Of a DNA stretch of 64,000 nt, positions 1 to 13,229 are shown piece after piece. Each line of letters starts with the position of its first letter. The first letter of the stretch is position 1. The position numbers and the translations under genes were made by a program. This DNA comes from Mobula hypostoma. Taxonomy: Eukaryota. Where the stretch lies: assembly GCF_963921235.1 (NCBI RefSeq), contig NC_086105.1, forward strand, positions 55,862,001 through 55,926,000. The letters run 5' to 3'. The notes beneath the pieces were generated by a model. That model was not told the origin of the DNA, ran no database searches, and saw only the letters and a program-made list of their open reading frames with translations.

Positions 1-349
1 TTGCTCTTGTTAAGACAGTGACACAACTATGAGCTTTCTGGCCCAAAATATTATCACGCTTATTGCAAGAGACACCACAAAATGAAAGCAAATGTTTACC
101 TTTAAAGCCATGTTGGCAGGGGAGGCATTTTAGACATATTTACACAGCAACAGACCTGCAGGACAAAGCATTAAACACACTCCAATAGTCCAGTGATTAA
201 GATTTAATGGATTTATGGTTATTAATTAGGGCAACTTGTTTGACTCTAACTACCCTCTGAAATGACCTTGCACCCCACTTTGCTGGACTATAACTGCACT
301 GCTGAAACAGAAAACAGATAGAGTAGCAGGGACTCTATGACTAAAAGAC

Positions 350-700
350 AGAAATAACAGAAGTAGACCATTCAGCCCATCTAGTGTGATCTGCCATTCA
401 ATCATGGCTGATTTATTGTCCAGCTCAACCCCGTTCTCCTGGCTTGCCCCCCCACCCGTCCAGAACCTCTTACACTCTTCCTAATCAATACCCATCAAAC
501 TCCACTTCAAATGTACCCAATGACTTGGCCTCCACAGCTGTCTGTGACAATGAATTCCACAGATTCACCACACTCTGGCTAAAGAAATTCCTCCTCACCT
601 CTGTTCTAAAGGGACACCTTTCTATTCTGAGGCTGTGCCCTCTCGTCCTAGACTCACTCACTATTGGAATCATCTTCTCCATTTTCCCCTTTGTCTAGGC
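350..700 (-). mobile_element. CR1 LINE 3' fragment (RT C-terminus and 3' UTR)
   Basis: ORF 485..682(-) reads SRTRGHSLRI...RRNFFSQSVVNLWNSL, the CR1 ORF2 C-terminus; CR1-type 3' UTR follows. Confidence 0.85.
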
Positions 701-1034
701 TTTTCGAGTATGAAACATATTTGTTCTGTTTTAATGCGATCTCCCAGTTGTTCCATGGCCTATCAACTGAAGAGATCTTTTCAGAAACACCTGGGGTCTG
801 GAGTTTAAAATGAGAAAGCCACCTCACAGACTAGTCAGGCAACAGCCTGCAGTATCTTATCTGACAGACCACACACCACACTCCTCTGTACCGCCAATAC
901 GTGTGATGGCCTGCGAGAGCTTTCAGGCAGGAAGTACTTAAATTGATAGAGCTGGTATCTTTTATTCACAACAATATATAACATACCCAATTTTAAATAT
1001 GAAATTAGTTAAGCAACAAAACTAGATATCACAT

Positions 1035-2200
1035 AGAAACTAACGTAACATACAGTATATATCTAGTTTTGAAAGGTACAGCATGAGAAGTGATGTAGCA
1101 ATGAAAAAGAGGTTCAGAGTTTTGCAGCACAGATACCTTTCTAATCCATGCTCCTGTCAAGTTGTAATTGTACCCACCTTGACCACGTTGTTTGAAGCTC
1201 AATCCATTCCCTCTATCTGTCTATTATGCTGCTGGCGATTAGGGCAGCAATGGAAGTCCTCCATCTCTGGCGGGGTTCAGGGCTTCCTTCATCATCTCAG
1301 TAGCTTTCTCTCGGTTTTCACCGTCAGTCACACAAGTCCCAGGTGGAGATTTAGGAATACCATCGCACTCAGAAGTAGAAGGATTCTTCATTGCCATTTC
1401 TGTAACAATTTCTTGACTAGTCAGGGTTGTTAGCCTTGAGCTGAACCCCTGAACCTGGAGGACTGGTAGACCACTCCAAGTCTGGCCTCCATCCTTTGAT
1501 CTGTTTGGCATGGGTGATCCTACCAACAGTCCTGACTCCAGCCAGCATAGCTCTCTGGGTTATTGAGGCATGCAACCCTCCAAACCCAGCGACAAGGTTG
1601 TCGTCCTCTTGGAGGCCATACCCTCCATGCTCTGTGCAAATCTTGCCCATCAGATCCCCTTAGAAGCTTTCCCCCCTATTACCTTGAGAAAAAGACTATT
1701 ATCATCCTCCTTATCCACACTCATCACTTTATAAACATTTGTAAACTCATCCCTCAGCCTCCAGGGAAAACAGACCCAACTTTTCCAATCTCTCCTTATA
1801 ACTCAATTCATCCGGACCTGGAAACATCCTTGTGAATCTTTTCACTACCCTCTCTAGCATAACACATTCTTGTTATAGTAACGCAACTAGAACTAGAATA
1901 AGTCCATCTGCAATCTCACCAACCTCTGGTAACATGATGTCCCAGCTCAAACTCAATGTCTCGGCTGATGAAGGCAAACTGATGCACACTTTCTTCACCA
2001 CCCTGTCTACCTGTGTTGCCACTTTAAACTAGGTACCTGTACCCCTGGGTCTCTCTGTTCTGCAACATTCCCCAGGGCCCTGCCATTCACTGAGCAAGTC
2101 GTTTTCATTTGCCATTCCTTGTCCACTTTCCAAATTTATCTAGATCTTGTTGCAAATTTAGACAATAAACTTCACTGGCCGTCATAAACCATCCACAACA
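1035..2200 (-). mobile_element. Degraded CR1 3' region, interrupted by an RTE-derived element
   Basis: Decayed CR1-like text (catccttgtgaatcttttcactaccctctct, ccctgggtctctctgttc) on both sides of 1223-1616. Confidence 0.6.
1223..1616 (-). mobile_element. Non-autonomous RTE-derived element (RTE 5' UTR fused to RTE 3' end)
   Basis: Minus-strand head CCTTGTCGCTGGGTTTGGAGGGTTGCATGCCTCAAT...GAGCTATGCTG...GGTAGGATCACCCATGCCAAACAG resembles Rex3/Expander/BovB 5' UTRs; tail GATGGAGGACTTCCATTGCTGCCCTAATCGCCAGC encodes a WRTSIAALIAS RTE C-terminal motif; no ORF in between. Confidence 0.65.
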
Positions 2201-2268
2201 CCTTTTCCCAAAACATTCCAGTAGTTATCCCAGATGTACAATCTCTTAAAACCAACTTATTGATCAAA

Positions 2269-2366
2269 GCAACATGCACAAAATACTGGAGGAAATCAGC
2301 AGGCCAGGCAGTATATATGGAAAAGAGTAAATAAAGTTTTCTGGCAGAGCCCTTTCATCAGGACTC
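2269..2366 (-). mobile_element. Penelope-like pLTR fragment with degenerate hammerhead motif
   Basis: Minus strand AGTCCTGATGAAAGGGCTCTGCCAGAAA then ...CTGCCTGGCCTGCTGATTTCCTCCAG, homologous to copies at 44.1, 45.5, 51.4 and 55.8 kb. Confidence 0.7.
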
Positions 2367-4118
2367 AGTTCTGAACTTCCTCAGGGTAGGCACTCCAGGA
2401 GGAGGCTTTGCAGTCTAGTAGTAATGCTATAGTTTCTTGTCTTATTAGTCAAATCTTCTGTCACCTTTCTTCATACATCCAACAGAAGTTCAGTGTTGGC
2501 TCCTTTCTCATTGCAATTGGTTATTGTTTCTACATAATCAACATCATAAAGGTACAAGTTATCTTGATGGCTCATTCTCATGAACGTTCTATGGATTCTC
2601 ACCAAAGCCAGCACATCTTCTATGGATTCTCATCAAAGCCACACATAAGGGGCCCAAAACTGCAAACAATACTCCAAGTGCAGTCTGAGCAATGCCTTAT
2701 AAACCCTTAGCCCACAAGTCACTGACCAACGCAGGCAGAATCACTGAGCCACACTTAAACCTCCTTGTATCGATAGTCTTTCTTCTCATCAAATCAACTG
2801 TATTGGCTGAACGTTGTACATATTTGGGACGTGAAAGCAGCAAGAATAGATACCATGAAATGCACTTGTTCTCTCCATGTTTTCTTGCTTTAAGCACTAA
2901 CATTTAGGCTCCAAATTCAGAATAATACTTTACTGTACTCAACAAGCTCAGCATAAATTATACTAAATGCACCAGCTATCACACAGAGTTCTCCAAGTGA
3001 TCTGAATTCCCAATGTGTTCCGAATTGCAGGCTGATCGATGTTCACGAGCTAAGCTGACTAGGAACCAGTTCAGATGCCCCAGAAGAGCATAGAACCAAT
3101 GGTTCCACTTAATATCAGACAATGTATACAATATACAACCTGAAATTCCTGTTCTTCACAGACACTCACAAAAACAGAAGAGTGCCCCAAGGAATTAGTG
3201 ACAGATAAAACGTCAGAACCCCAAAGCTCCCCCCCGTCACTCCAACCTGCCACTGTGTACAAGCTTCAGCAAAACATCGACCTTCCCCCTCCCTCACTTA
3301 CTTCAGCATATAAGCATCAACACCCTCCACCCACCAAGCAAGCAAAAGCAAAGCTCCAAGCAGGCAACTCATTGGGCTCAGCTAGATTTAAGTACGGACC
3401 TCAGATGGGAAAAAAAGGCAGTTGAGAAATTGTGCAGTTTCTCTCTCACACACATACAAAAAAAAGGACTATTTTAAAAGCAATTCAACATTCCTTATTT
3501 ATTATTCAACATACCTGCTGCCTACACGATCAGATCTACAACCAAGTTATTATATATGGCAGTAAAGCTGAAACAATTAATGCCTATTTAGTAATAAATT
3601 CATTCCTTTCTTTAAAAGATAAATTTCTTTCTAATTTAAAATGGAATATTAACCCATTGTCTTTTTATACTGGAGGAAATCTTGAGTTAGAAAGTGATTT
3701 CAATAAAATAAAAGCATGTGAAACTACAGCAATTGAGTGTTAACAGAGAGCTACTTAGCACTTACAAAGACAGTCTCTGGACAAAACTACACAAAGTGGC
3801 ATGGTATCTATCTGTACATGAAGACGGAGTTTTATTTTTGATGTCTGTATTAATTACAAGTATTTTATGTCATTTGAATTAAGCATTAATACAGGCTTTC
3901 AAATGAAGCAATCACATTATAAAAGGCAGATTTATTTCATTATTTTCTCAAGCTACCAACTTATTTCAGCATGGAAATGCTGAAAATTCAGCTCCGAAGA
4001 ATTCAGAGCTCAGAGGAAAAGGGGCAGTTGTGGAACTTTCTCCCAACACCTCTTACACTATTTGGTACACAAATGCATTTTGTTATAAAAACACACATAA
4101 TTCAAAACTCTAGTTATA

Positions 4119-4649
4119 CCCTCAGTGGCCACTTTATTAGGTACACTTGTATGTCTGCTTGTTAATGCAAATGATCTAATCAGCCAATCGTGGGACAGCA
4201 ATGCAATGCATAAAAGCATGCAGACATGGTCAAGAGATTCACTTGTTGTTCAGATCAAATATCCGCATGGGAAAGAAATGTGATCTAAGCATCTTTGACT
4301 GTGGAATGTTTGTTGCTGCCAGACAGGATGCTACGCTGATCTCCTAGGACTGTTCATGCACGATGGTCTCTAGAGTTGATAGAGAATGGTGCAAAAAGCA
4401 AAAATAATCCAGTGATTGGCAGTTTTGTGGGAGAAAATGTGTGCATAATGAGAGGTCAGAGAAGAAAGGCCAGACTGCTTCAAGCTGACAGGAAGGCGAC
4501 AGTAACTCGAATAACCACACATTACAGCAGTGGTGTGCAGCAAAGCATCTCTGAATGCATGACACGTTGAACCTTGGAGTGGATGGGCTACAGCAGCAGA
4601 AGGCCACACCAAGTTCCACTCTCGTAGCTAATGAAGTGGCCACTGACTG
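4119..4649 (+). mobile_element. Internally deleted Tc1/mariner DNA transposon
   Basis: 26-bp TIRs CCCTCAGTGGCCACTTTATTAGGTAC / GTAGCTAATGAAGTGGCCACTGACTG; TA on the left; transposase remnant RGQRRKARLLQADRKATVTRITTHYSSG...MGYSSRRP. Confidence 0.85.
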
Positions 4650-7600
4650 CATAGTTCTTTTGCTGGTATTTTGTATTCTGCATGTCCCACCCTATTCTGA
4701 ACCTTCCCCAGTACAAGTTTCAGAAATACTCAACAGAATGGCATTATGAAGGCATTAAAGTCACAAAGCCATAAACATTCCAGTCTCCTATGAGTGCCTC
4801 AGTGACAATGATCTTATGACTAAAATCTGCTCTCATTAATAACTAGATTTAATAAGGTTTTTAAAAAATGTTAAATGTTCACTGGAACCTGCAATACCTT
4901 ACACACTTTTGGGAAAGGAATGTAACGAAGAGATCCCAATCAATAATATACATCAATACACAACTATGACAGCAACTCCTACTGGTAAGAAATATTAAAG
5001 TTTACATTTGTCTTAGGATCTCCACAACCAAAATACCCAGGGAGCAAAACAGAAGTCTTATACTCTGAACATTAAAAATCCATCACACACCATGCTATTA
5101 AAAACAGTACCAAATAAAGTAATATAAAAAGTGATTAAGTAGTTTCCTTTTCTGTGAGTGAACAAGTACATTTCAGTAAAATGTATGATTACAATCCGCC
5201 CTTGATACTTCAAATGTTAAAATACAGACCATAAACCAATGCTGAGATGTTTGGCTTTCGCTTGTAAACCTACCCAACTTAACTCATTACACTTTATTTG
5301 TTAAAAATAGTTATAACAAATCATTAAAATGTCAATATTCAAGGCTGATTTCATCAGTACACACATTTAGCTTGGCTACTACCATAATAAACTCCATTTA
5401 ACAGTGAGCACATTACTAAGATTTACCACAGTTACTGTTCACATGCATCATTCCATAAAATCCTCCATTTGGAATGCAGTTACAATGCCTCGGACTTGGA
5501 AATTATTACAAAAAGATTGGCACAATATGAATGCTCAGCAACATTTAACTTCAAGCCCATAATAATGTTTTTTTTTTACCTTTTAATTTTTTATTAGTAC
5601 TTGTCAGGTTGAGGGATGTCAGTGCTGTGATCTGGAACATTTTCTACTTTGGCACCCGTCTAACTCTAGAATCAAAGCTCAATTCGTCTTCCTTTACATT
5701 ATCTTTGCCAAACAAAAACACAGCTCTCCATAAACCTTACTCCAAAGGCACTGAAGTGAACTCCCAGGGAATGGTCACTATAGGCTGGCTATTTAAAGAG
5801 GGGCCCACAATGATTTACCTCACATTTCGATTAAAATTATCCACAAAACCTGACTGTCAATAATAAAAGCTTTCTTCATTAATCCCAACACATTCCTCTA
5901 ATAAAAAAAATCAATTTAGCTGAGCATACAAGGATCCTACTTGTTCATTCCACCTTCAACAGAGGATAATATGCTGATAATTAGATTCAAGATGGTTTTA
6001 TGTCATTTCTAGTACACAAGTATAAAGGAGAACAGAATAATTCCCACTCCGGATATGATGCAACACAAAAAAACATAATATGGAACACAATAAATATAAA
6101 TACCCAAGATAGCTTATGTATATAGATTGATTGTATGTTCATAAAGTGATGCTAGGCACAGGAGTGTCTGTAGATAAGGTAACTAACAGAAAATGATACT
6201 CTCCTCAGAAAGAAGATGCACAGATCAGCTTCCTAATCGTGTATGATGTGATCCACGACCACGAGAACTTATATATGTTCACTCCCAGAAATTTTAAAGT
6301 GATTATAAAATTATAAAAATTAAAACAAAAATTTGCAACATGTAGTGAAATCAGTCATACACAAGATTTACTTTAATCCCTGAGTACAAAGCTTAAAGTA
6401 AATGTATTACTAAAGTATGTACATATACTATCCTGAGATTTGTGTTCTTGCAGGAACAAAGTAGTACAATAACATCAGTGAGAAAGCACACACATTGACT
6501 GACCAATGTCCCAAGACAACATGTGAAAATACAAAAAACTAAGTAAATACTGAGAATGCAGAGTCCTTGAAAGTGAACCCAGTATGCAGAGATACAAGAA
6601 ATAACATATGGTCCTTCTTGTCATTCAATACTAATATGCACCTCTATTCGGACCATAAGATATAGGACCAGAATCAGGCCATTTGGCCCATCGAGTCTGC
6701 TCCGCCATTTCATCATGGCTGATCCAATTTTCCTCTCAGCCCCACTTTGCTGCCTTCTCCATCCTGTATCGTTTCATGTCCTGAATAATCAAGAATCTAT
6801 CACTTTTTAAAAATATACAGTATTTCTGCTTTTGCACGTTTAAAAAAAATCTATTCAACATATGCAATTGATTTACTTGTTTATTTATTATGTTTAATTT
6901 TAATTATTATTAGTTTTTGTCTGTTAGATTATGCATTGTATTGAACTGCTGCTGCTGTTAACAAATTTTGCGTCACATGCTGGTGATAATAAACCCGATT
7001 CTGAACTTCTGCCTTAAATAAACAAAAAGACTTGGTCTCCACAGCTGCCTGTGGCAATGACTTTAGATGCTTCTGCATGATTATTACGAGTTACCTTTTC
7101 TCAAGAAAATGTTATTGCATTGACATAATTACATAGAATTGTAAAGCACTGAAACAAGACGTTGAGCCCACCTCATTCATGCCAACGGCCATCCAAGCTC
7201 ATCCCTTTCGCAGGCCACATCCCTCTATGTCCTTCCTCTCCAAATGTCTCTGTAACATTGCAATTATTTCTGCCTCTGCAACCTTCTCTTGCTGCTCATG
7301 CCGTGTAACCATTGCCTTGTGTCGGAAATTGTACCCCTCAGATCTCCTTTACACTCCTTCCCTCTTACCTCAATCCCGTACCCTCCAGTTTTAGACTTCC
7401 TGGTACTGGGAAAAAACACTTTTTGACCGTGTATTCCATCAATGCCTCCATAATGTGATAAACCGTTGCAAGGGTACTGCTCTGCCTCCTACGATCCCAT
7501 GAGAATAAACCCAAACTTTCCGTATAATGTCGAGAAAACTTCACTCACCTCAACCCCAAACTCATTCCACAACCCACTGACTCACTTTCAAAGGCTCTTC

Positions 7601-7689
7601 AATTCATGTTCTCAGTATTATTCATTTACATTTTAAAAAATTATTTGCACAGTTTATCTTCTTTTGCACATTGGTTGTTTGTCAGTCTT

Positions 7690-8470
7690 TATTTATTTAG
7701 TGAGACAGCACGGTGGAGGCCTTTCTGCCCCTTTGAACCATGCTGCCCCAGCAATCCAGCAAGCCCAAGTCACCCTAATCTAACCATGGGACAGCTTAGT
7801 CATAGTCATACTTTATTGATCCCGGGGGAAATTGGTTTTCGTTACAGTTGCACCATAAATAATAAATAGTAATAGAACCATAAATAGTTAAATAGTAATA
7901 TGTAAATTATGCCAGGAAATTATGAAATAAGTCCAGGACCAGCCTATTGGCTCAGGGTGTCTGACCCTCCAAGGGAGGAGTTGTAAAGTTTGATGGCCAC
8001 AGGCAGGAATGACTTCCTATGACGCTCAGTGTTGCATCTCGGAGGAATGAGTCTTTGGCTGAATGTACTCCTGTGCCCAATCAGTCCATTATGTAGTGGA
8101 TGGGAGACATTGACCAAGATGGCATGCAACTTGGACAGCATTCTCTTTTTAGACACCACCGTCAGAGAGTCCAGTTCCATCCCCACAACATCACTGGCCT
8201 TACAGATGAGTTTGTTGATTCTGTTGGTGTCTGCTACCCTCAGCCTGCTGCCCCAGCACACAACAGCAAACATGATAGCACTGGCCACAAACTCGACCAG
8301 TTGAAGGTTTGGTACATCTTTTGGACTGTGGTAGGAAACTGGAGCAGCTAGGGGAAACCCACACATTCCACGGGGAAGGACGTACAGAGATTCCTTACAG
8401 AATGGCGCCAGATTGAACTCCTTAGTGCCCCAAGCTGTAATAATGTCTCGCCCACCGCTACACTACCATG
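7690..8470 (-). mobile_element. tRNA-derived V-SINE (HE1-like), split by a Rex1-like insertion
   Basis: Minus-strand head GGTAGTGTAGCGGTGG...GGAGTTCAATC (A/B boxes) and V-domain text TGTGTGGGTTTCCCC...CTCCAGTTTCCTACCACAGTCC at 8300-8470; CR1-like tail at 7690-7796. Confidence 0.7.
7797..8296 (-). mobile_element. Young 5'-truncated Rex1/Babar-like LINE with (TATGAC)n tail
   Basis: Open frame ...RINKLICKASDVVG...SHPLH...TERHRKSFLPVAIKLYN; AATAAA plus tandem tail; near-identical to 19645-20166. Confidence 0.8.
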
Positions 8471-8579
8471 ACATCCATGTATAAACTATAGTTCTTTTTT
8501 CCTGTAAATGCCTGCAAGAAAATGAATCTCAAGGTAGCATATGGTGACACATGCTTACTTTGACAATAAATTTACTTTG

Positions 8580-9450
8580 AATTGTAACCCTCCATTCCAG
8601 GCAATGTCTCGGAGATTCTCTTCTGCACTCTAATTGCTCCCATATCCTTCCTGCAGTGTGGTGACAATACTCCAGACACAATGTTTTGTACAACTGCAAC
8701 ATGCCATGGCCAATGAAGGCAAACATAACAATGACCATTTTTATTGCCTTATTCAGCTGTGTACCCCGAAGTCCCTCTGCACATCAAAGCTCATAAGGTC
8801 TCTGCCAACTTATCTACATGTCCAAATGGAACTTGACCATCCATTTACCATGCACATCTGGATTACATTCCATCTGGCACCACTCTGCCCAATGTTCCAG
8901 CTGATCGGTGTTCTGTTGTATCCTTAGACAACCTTCTTTGTTATCTATGGATTCCAGCAATTCTTGTGTCATCTGCAAACTCGGTCATCAGACCCCGACA
9001 TTCTCATACAAGTCAATTACATAAATGTTATAAACGGCAAAAGTTCCGGCACCAATTCCTCAGGTATTACAGATCAATAGAAAAGCACCCACTCACCACT
9101 ACCTTCTGACCTTCTGCCTCCTCCTCCAGGGCAATTCTGGATCCAGTTCAAACACTATGAATCCCTTGTGTCTTACCCTTCTGGACCAATCTGCAATGTG
9201 GGACCTTGTCAACAGCCTTGCTCAAGTCCATGCCAGTAATATTTATCACCCTGTCTTCAATCTCGTTTCTTTCCTCAAAAAAAAAATACGGGTCAGATGT
9301 GAGACACATTCCAGCCCACATCCTGGTAAATCTCTTCTGCAATCATTCTATTGCTACCACATGCTTCCTGAAACATGACATATCAACTCTGACACCTATA
9401 AAGTCAAACAGACCAAAAGCCTTTTGCACCAGCCTGTCCACCAATTAACT
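8580..9450 (-). mobile_element. Old degraded CR1 RT remnant
   Basis: Remnant peptides MDLSKAVDKVPHCRLVQK and MLQLYKTL in minus-strand ORFs. Confidence 0.65.
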
Positions 9451-9956
9451 GATGAGTCTGGAGAAGATAGTTCTTGTGCTAAACAATCCTTCGTGCTAAA
9501 ACATATTCCTCAACTTCACTTTGATATGACTTAATTTTAAACTTTATTTCGCCCTTCATTTCTTTAACAAATTCTTTGGCCCATACAGGCACAGAAACAG
9601 GCCTATCTTGTTCATGCTGAACTGGTCTTCTGCTTAGTCCCACCTAACCACACCCAGACCATACCTCAAAACCCTTCCTATCCATGTACCAATCCGAACT
9701 TCTCTTCAGTGTTACCATTAAATCTGCATAGAGCTGCACTGGCTCTGACAGGAACACGGTGCCACACAAAAAAACACTTCCAAATGACTCAGCATCAGTG
9801 AGCAATTGAAGCATATGGACTGAGAAGTTTACCAGGGTGCTTCAATCGCCTTGGCTCCCCTATGAATTAATGAGCTGGGCAGAGAGGAGGGAATTATCAG
9901 CCAGGGATTCAGCTCAATGTCCAGGAAGTGCTGATGTGGTGTGCCGCGGACACTTA

Positions 9957-10667
9957 AGTCTGATTTATACTTGTGCGTACTAGCTTACGCCACAGCCTAT
10001 GCAAGTGGGCTACGCCGTTGTGAACATTTACACTTGTGCGTTGGTGTGTCTGCGTCGCTCTGCAATTCACCGCCAAAACGCTGGTTGGCGGTGGGGTTTC
10101 TATGCCATCGTGTTGAGTTTCTTCGTGTTGAAATTCAAACTTCAAACAATGGCAACTGAAACTGAAGGAGGGTGAATTTTCTGTGCTTGGCCGGCCACTG
10201 AGAGACATGGACAAGGCAATGCATTTCAAATATTTTCGGATGTCGGCAGGCAGATTTGACGATTTGGTTCATCGTCTCCAACCACTTATTTCGCATCAGT
10301 GTACGCACAGTATACTCAGAGACTGGCAATCACCATTCGAGTTTTAGCTTCAGATGGAATTCAACAGGCTGTAGCAGCTAGCTACAAACTGGCGTCAAGC
10401 ACAGGGTCCTCCATAATTTCGGAGGTCTGTAAAGCTTTATGGAAAGCATTGCAGCCAGAGTTCCTTCCCTGCCCTTCAGTCGCCCGATGGGAAGCTACTG
10501 CAGCGTAGGAGGAAATGTGATGCTACCAAGCGGACCAATCACAGTTGTTGCAGTCTGCACTGGCGTGACACGTAGTTACATTTTTGGAGGTGTGCGACAG
10601 GGTATGGCGTAGGGTACACAGTTACGCCGTACCTACGTCAATTTGATGCACAAGTATAAATTGGCCT
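9957..10667 (+). mobile_element. Non-autonomous PIF/Harbinger DNA transposon
   Basis: 22-bp TIRs AGTCTGATTTATACTTGTGCGT / ATGCACAAGTATAAATTGGCCT; TTA TSD at 9954-9956 and 10668-10670; transposase remnant [22 protein letters not shown] and [12 protein letters not shown]...[13 protein letters not shown]. Confidence 0.88.
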
Positions 10668-12923
10668 TTAGTGTAGAAAGGAACAGTCACCGCCCATCTC
10701 AAGACTTCCAGCAACATGCGAGTCAGTGGCTCCAAAGGTGGGAAATGGAAGTTACAGATGTTGAACAGAACACAGCCCACAACGTTGGGCTGAATTAATT
10801 AAGTTAGCAACACCAAATTCCTCATGCCTGCACATGGTCCACATCCCAAAGATTAAAAAGAACATCATTTTTCTGATCAAACACTCCACACTTCACTGAA
10901 GCATTGCTTAAACCAACTCTCCTGAATCAGAGTCATTGATGTATTTGTCAACCCAGAGTCAAACAACCATCTCTTAGCTTAGCTTTACAGGTAAATCTTC
11001 AACTCCTGTGTGAATTAGGTACTGATGATTGCAATTACTTGTGATAAAGTGATTTGTGCTTCACTAAATCAGAAATAAAATTCCACTTACATTTTGAACA
11101 TCTAACCATTTAGATTCATGGAGCAGGACAGCATGGATACAGGCCCTTCAGCCCATCTAGTTCATGCTCACCACGTTAGTCTCGATTTCCTGTGTTCAGC
11201 CTATATCCCTCTGAGTTCTAACTCTCTGTTCACCCATCCAAGTGTTTGTTAAATAATACCATCTTACCTGGCTCAACCACTTCCTCCGGAAGCTCATGGC
11301 ACATACTCTCCATCCTGTGTGAGAATAGTTGCCCCTTGGGCCCTTTTCAAATCTTTCCACTCTCACCTTAAACCTATCAACCCCACTAGCCTTGGATTCC
11401 CCTACCCCGTGAAAAAGACTTTTGAGCCACCTTATTTCTCCCATAATTCCCTTAACCGCCCCCCCCCCCAACAATTCTCCTCTGCTAAAGACCTTGCCAG
11501 GCCAACCTTTGTGCAGAAGAACAAAGTTTTTTCCCTGCTGGTTTTAAAGATCTGAGTACTGACCACTGACCACTGCGAGCAATGGCAGAGAGTCACTGAA
11601 CCAAGCGAAGCCAAGGAGCTGATAAATGAAACTGAGGTGACCAGTGAACTGCAGCATCCCAAGTTAATGTCAATTCTTAAGATGATCATTTAATTTCATC
11701 AGAAGGTTGCCTTTCTGCCTGCTCACAGTGCTGGTGTTTGGGGTTGGAGAAGAAGGAATATTAAAGTTATTCTGAATTTTTCATAAGCACTTTATTGGAA
11801 ATAACCCTCTCCCTGATTCACATGAATGCATATTTTGGATTTTATCATTTAAGGACTCTACAAATCATGTTCTCGATATTTATTGCTTATTTATTATTAT
11901 TCTTTTTGCATTTGAACAGTTCGTGGTCTTTCATACACTGGTTGTTGCCCATCTCTGTCCTGTGGGGTTTTTCATTGATTTCTTCCCATTTACTGTGAAC
12001 GCCCACAAGAAAATGAATCACAGGGTCATATATGGTGACATACATGTACTCTGACCACTCTGAACTTTTGAATATTTCAATCAATTACCCCTAAAGTTAA
12101 TATATTATGACTCTTCAGCTGAAGAGAAAGTGGGCTTCATCCCGTGTTCAGTGCCTGATATTCAGTCTGCACAAATACTCACAATATATTCAACCTAATT
12201 GCCCTCATCAAGTTGCTGTTTTAATCGATTCAGTAAGCAGGTTTTCTTGTCTCAGGGTTGTGCAAAGTAGAGACCAAGTAGGGAAGTAGGGAAATAGAGC
12301 AGATCGCAGGTTTCAAGATAAACTCTGTGTGAGACAGTACTATTGCAAAGTCAGCAGCCCCAGATGCTAACTATTCCTTTCTCCAACAACTCTACCTGGC
12401 CTGCTGAATATGTTCAGCAATTTCAATTTCAGTTCATTTTTAAGACAAATTATCTCATTATTAATTAATCAAAATAACATTAGAACAAATACAATGCAGT
12501 TTTCAAGGGAAATATAACCCAAAGCTGTGCGATTAGCGTGACTCCCAAAGCTTTTGAGGTAATTCTATTCAAGGACAGAGCCTTTTTGTTTGCTTGGTCA
12601 AGTGATTCGACTGCCAGCTTTTCAAAGCATGAGAAGTAACCGAGCAGAAATGGGTCTAGCAACATCTTTTGAGCGACACCACAAGCCCGATTTCATTCGC
12701 AGCTCTCGGAGGTGGTTCTAAAAATCAGCAAAACTGAATGATGTGCCGACCGCTGTCTGAAACCAAACAGTGTATTTCCAACAGCAAAAACACGTCCAAG
12801 GCTGCAGAGATAGTGATCGCGGAGACCCTCCGCCTTCCAATCATATTTCAAGTACAACAGTAATTTCGTAATAGAGACGTTACGGACGAGATTAAATAAA
12901 AACAGGGAAGTTGAAACACTGAC

Positions 12924-13049
12924 CGTGTTGAAGTGCCCTTCCTGACATCACACATACTGCATTTGAAAGCCTCTGCGCTGTTCCTGTACGTACAAACGCT
13001 ACAATCCCAGTATCCCTCGTCCGTGGAAGGCTTCGGCTGCCTTTTGGGT
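12924..13049 (-). CDS. YAF2: YY1-associated factor 2, coding exon 2 (RanBP2-type zinc finger)
   Basis: 126-nt exon flanked by ccaaaacag| and CG|gtcagt; encodes (R)[41 protein letters not shown](R). QPKPS.DEGYW and MCDV match YAF2 rather than RYBP; phase-compatible with exon 1. Confidence 0.95.
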
Positions 13050-13229
13050 CTGTTTTGGAAAACAAAAGAACGGAGAGGAATGCAGTGGGGGGGGGGGGAA
13101 GAGAAGAAAGATACATAGGTACACGGGCTTATCCTGCGAACAGTTTGCCCTTTTCCTTTCCTCTCTCTGGCTGATCCCAACCCCCCCCTCCCCTTTCATT
13201 CCCTCACTCCCTCCCCCGCCACTTCTCCT

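Noticed and set aside
5819-5853. Further small YAF2 cassette exon (cag|...GAG|gtaaat)
   Set aside because: Ambiguous acceptors and very short length; not distinguishable from chance.
12848-13180. 110-aa single-exon ORF, or RYBP
   Set aside because: Only 13049-12924 is exonic; residues, the single-Met start and the ZCRB1 neighbour favour YAF2.
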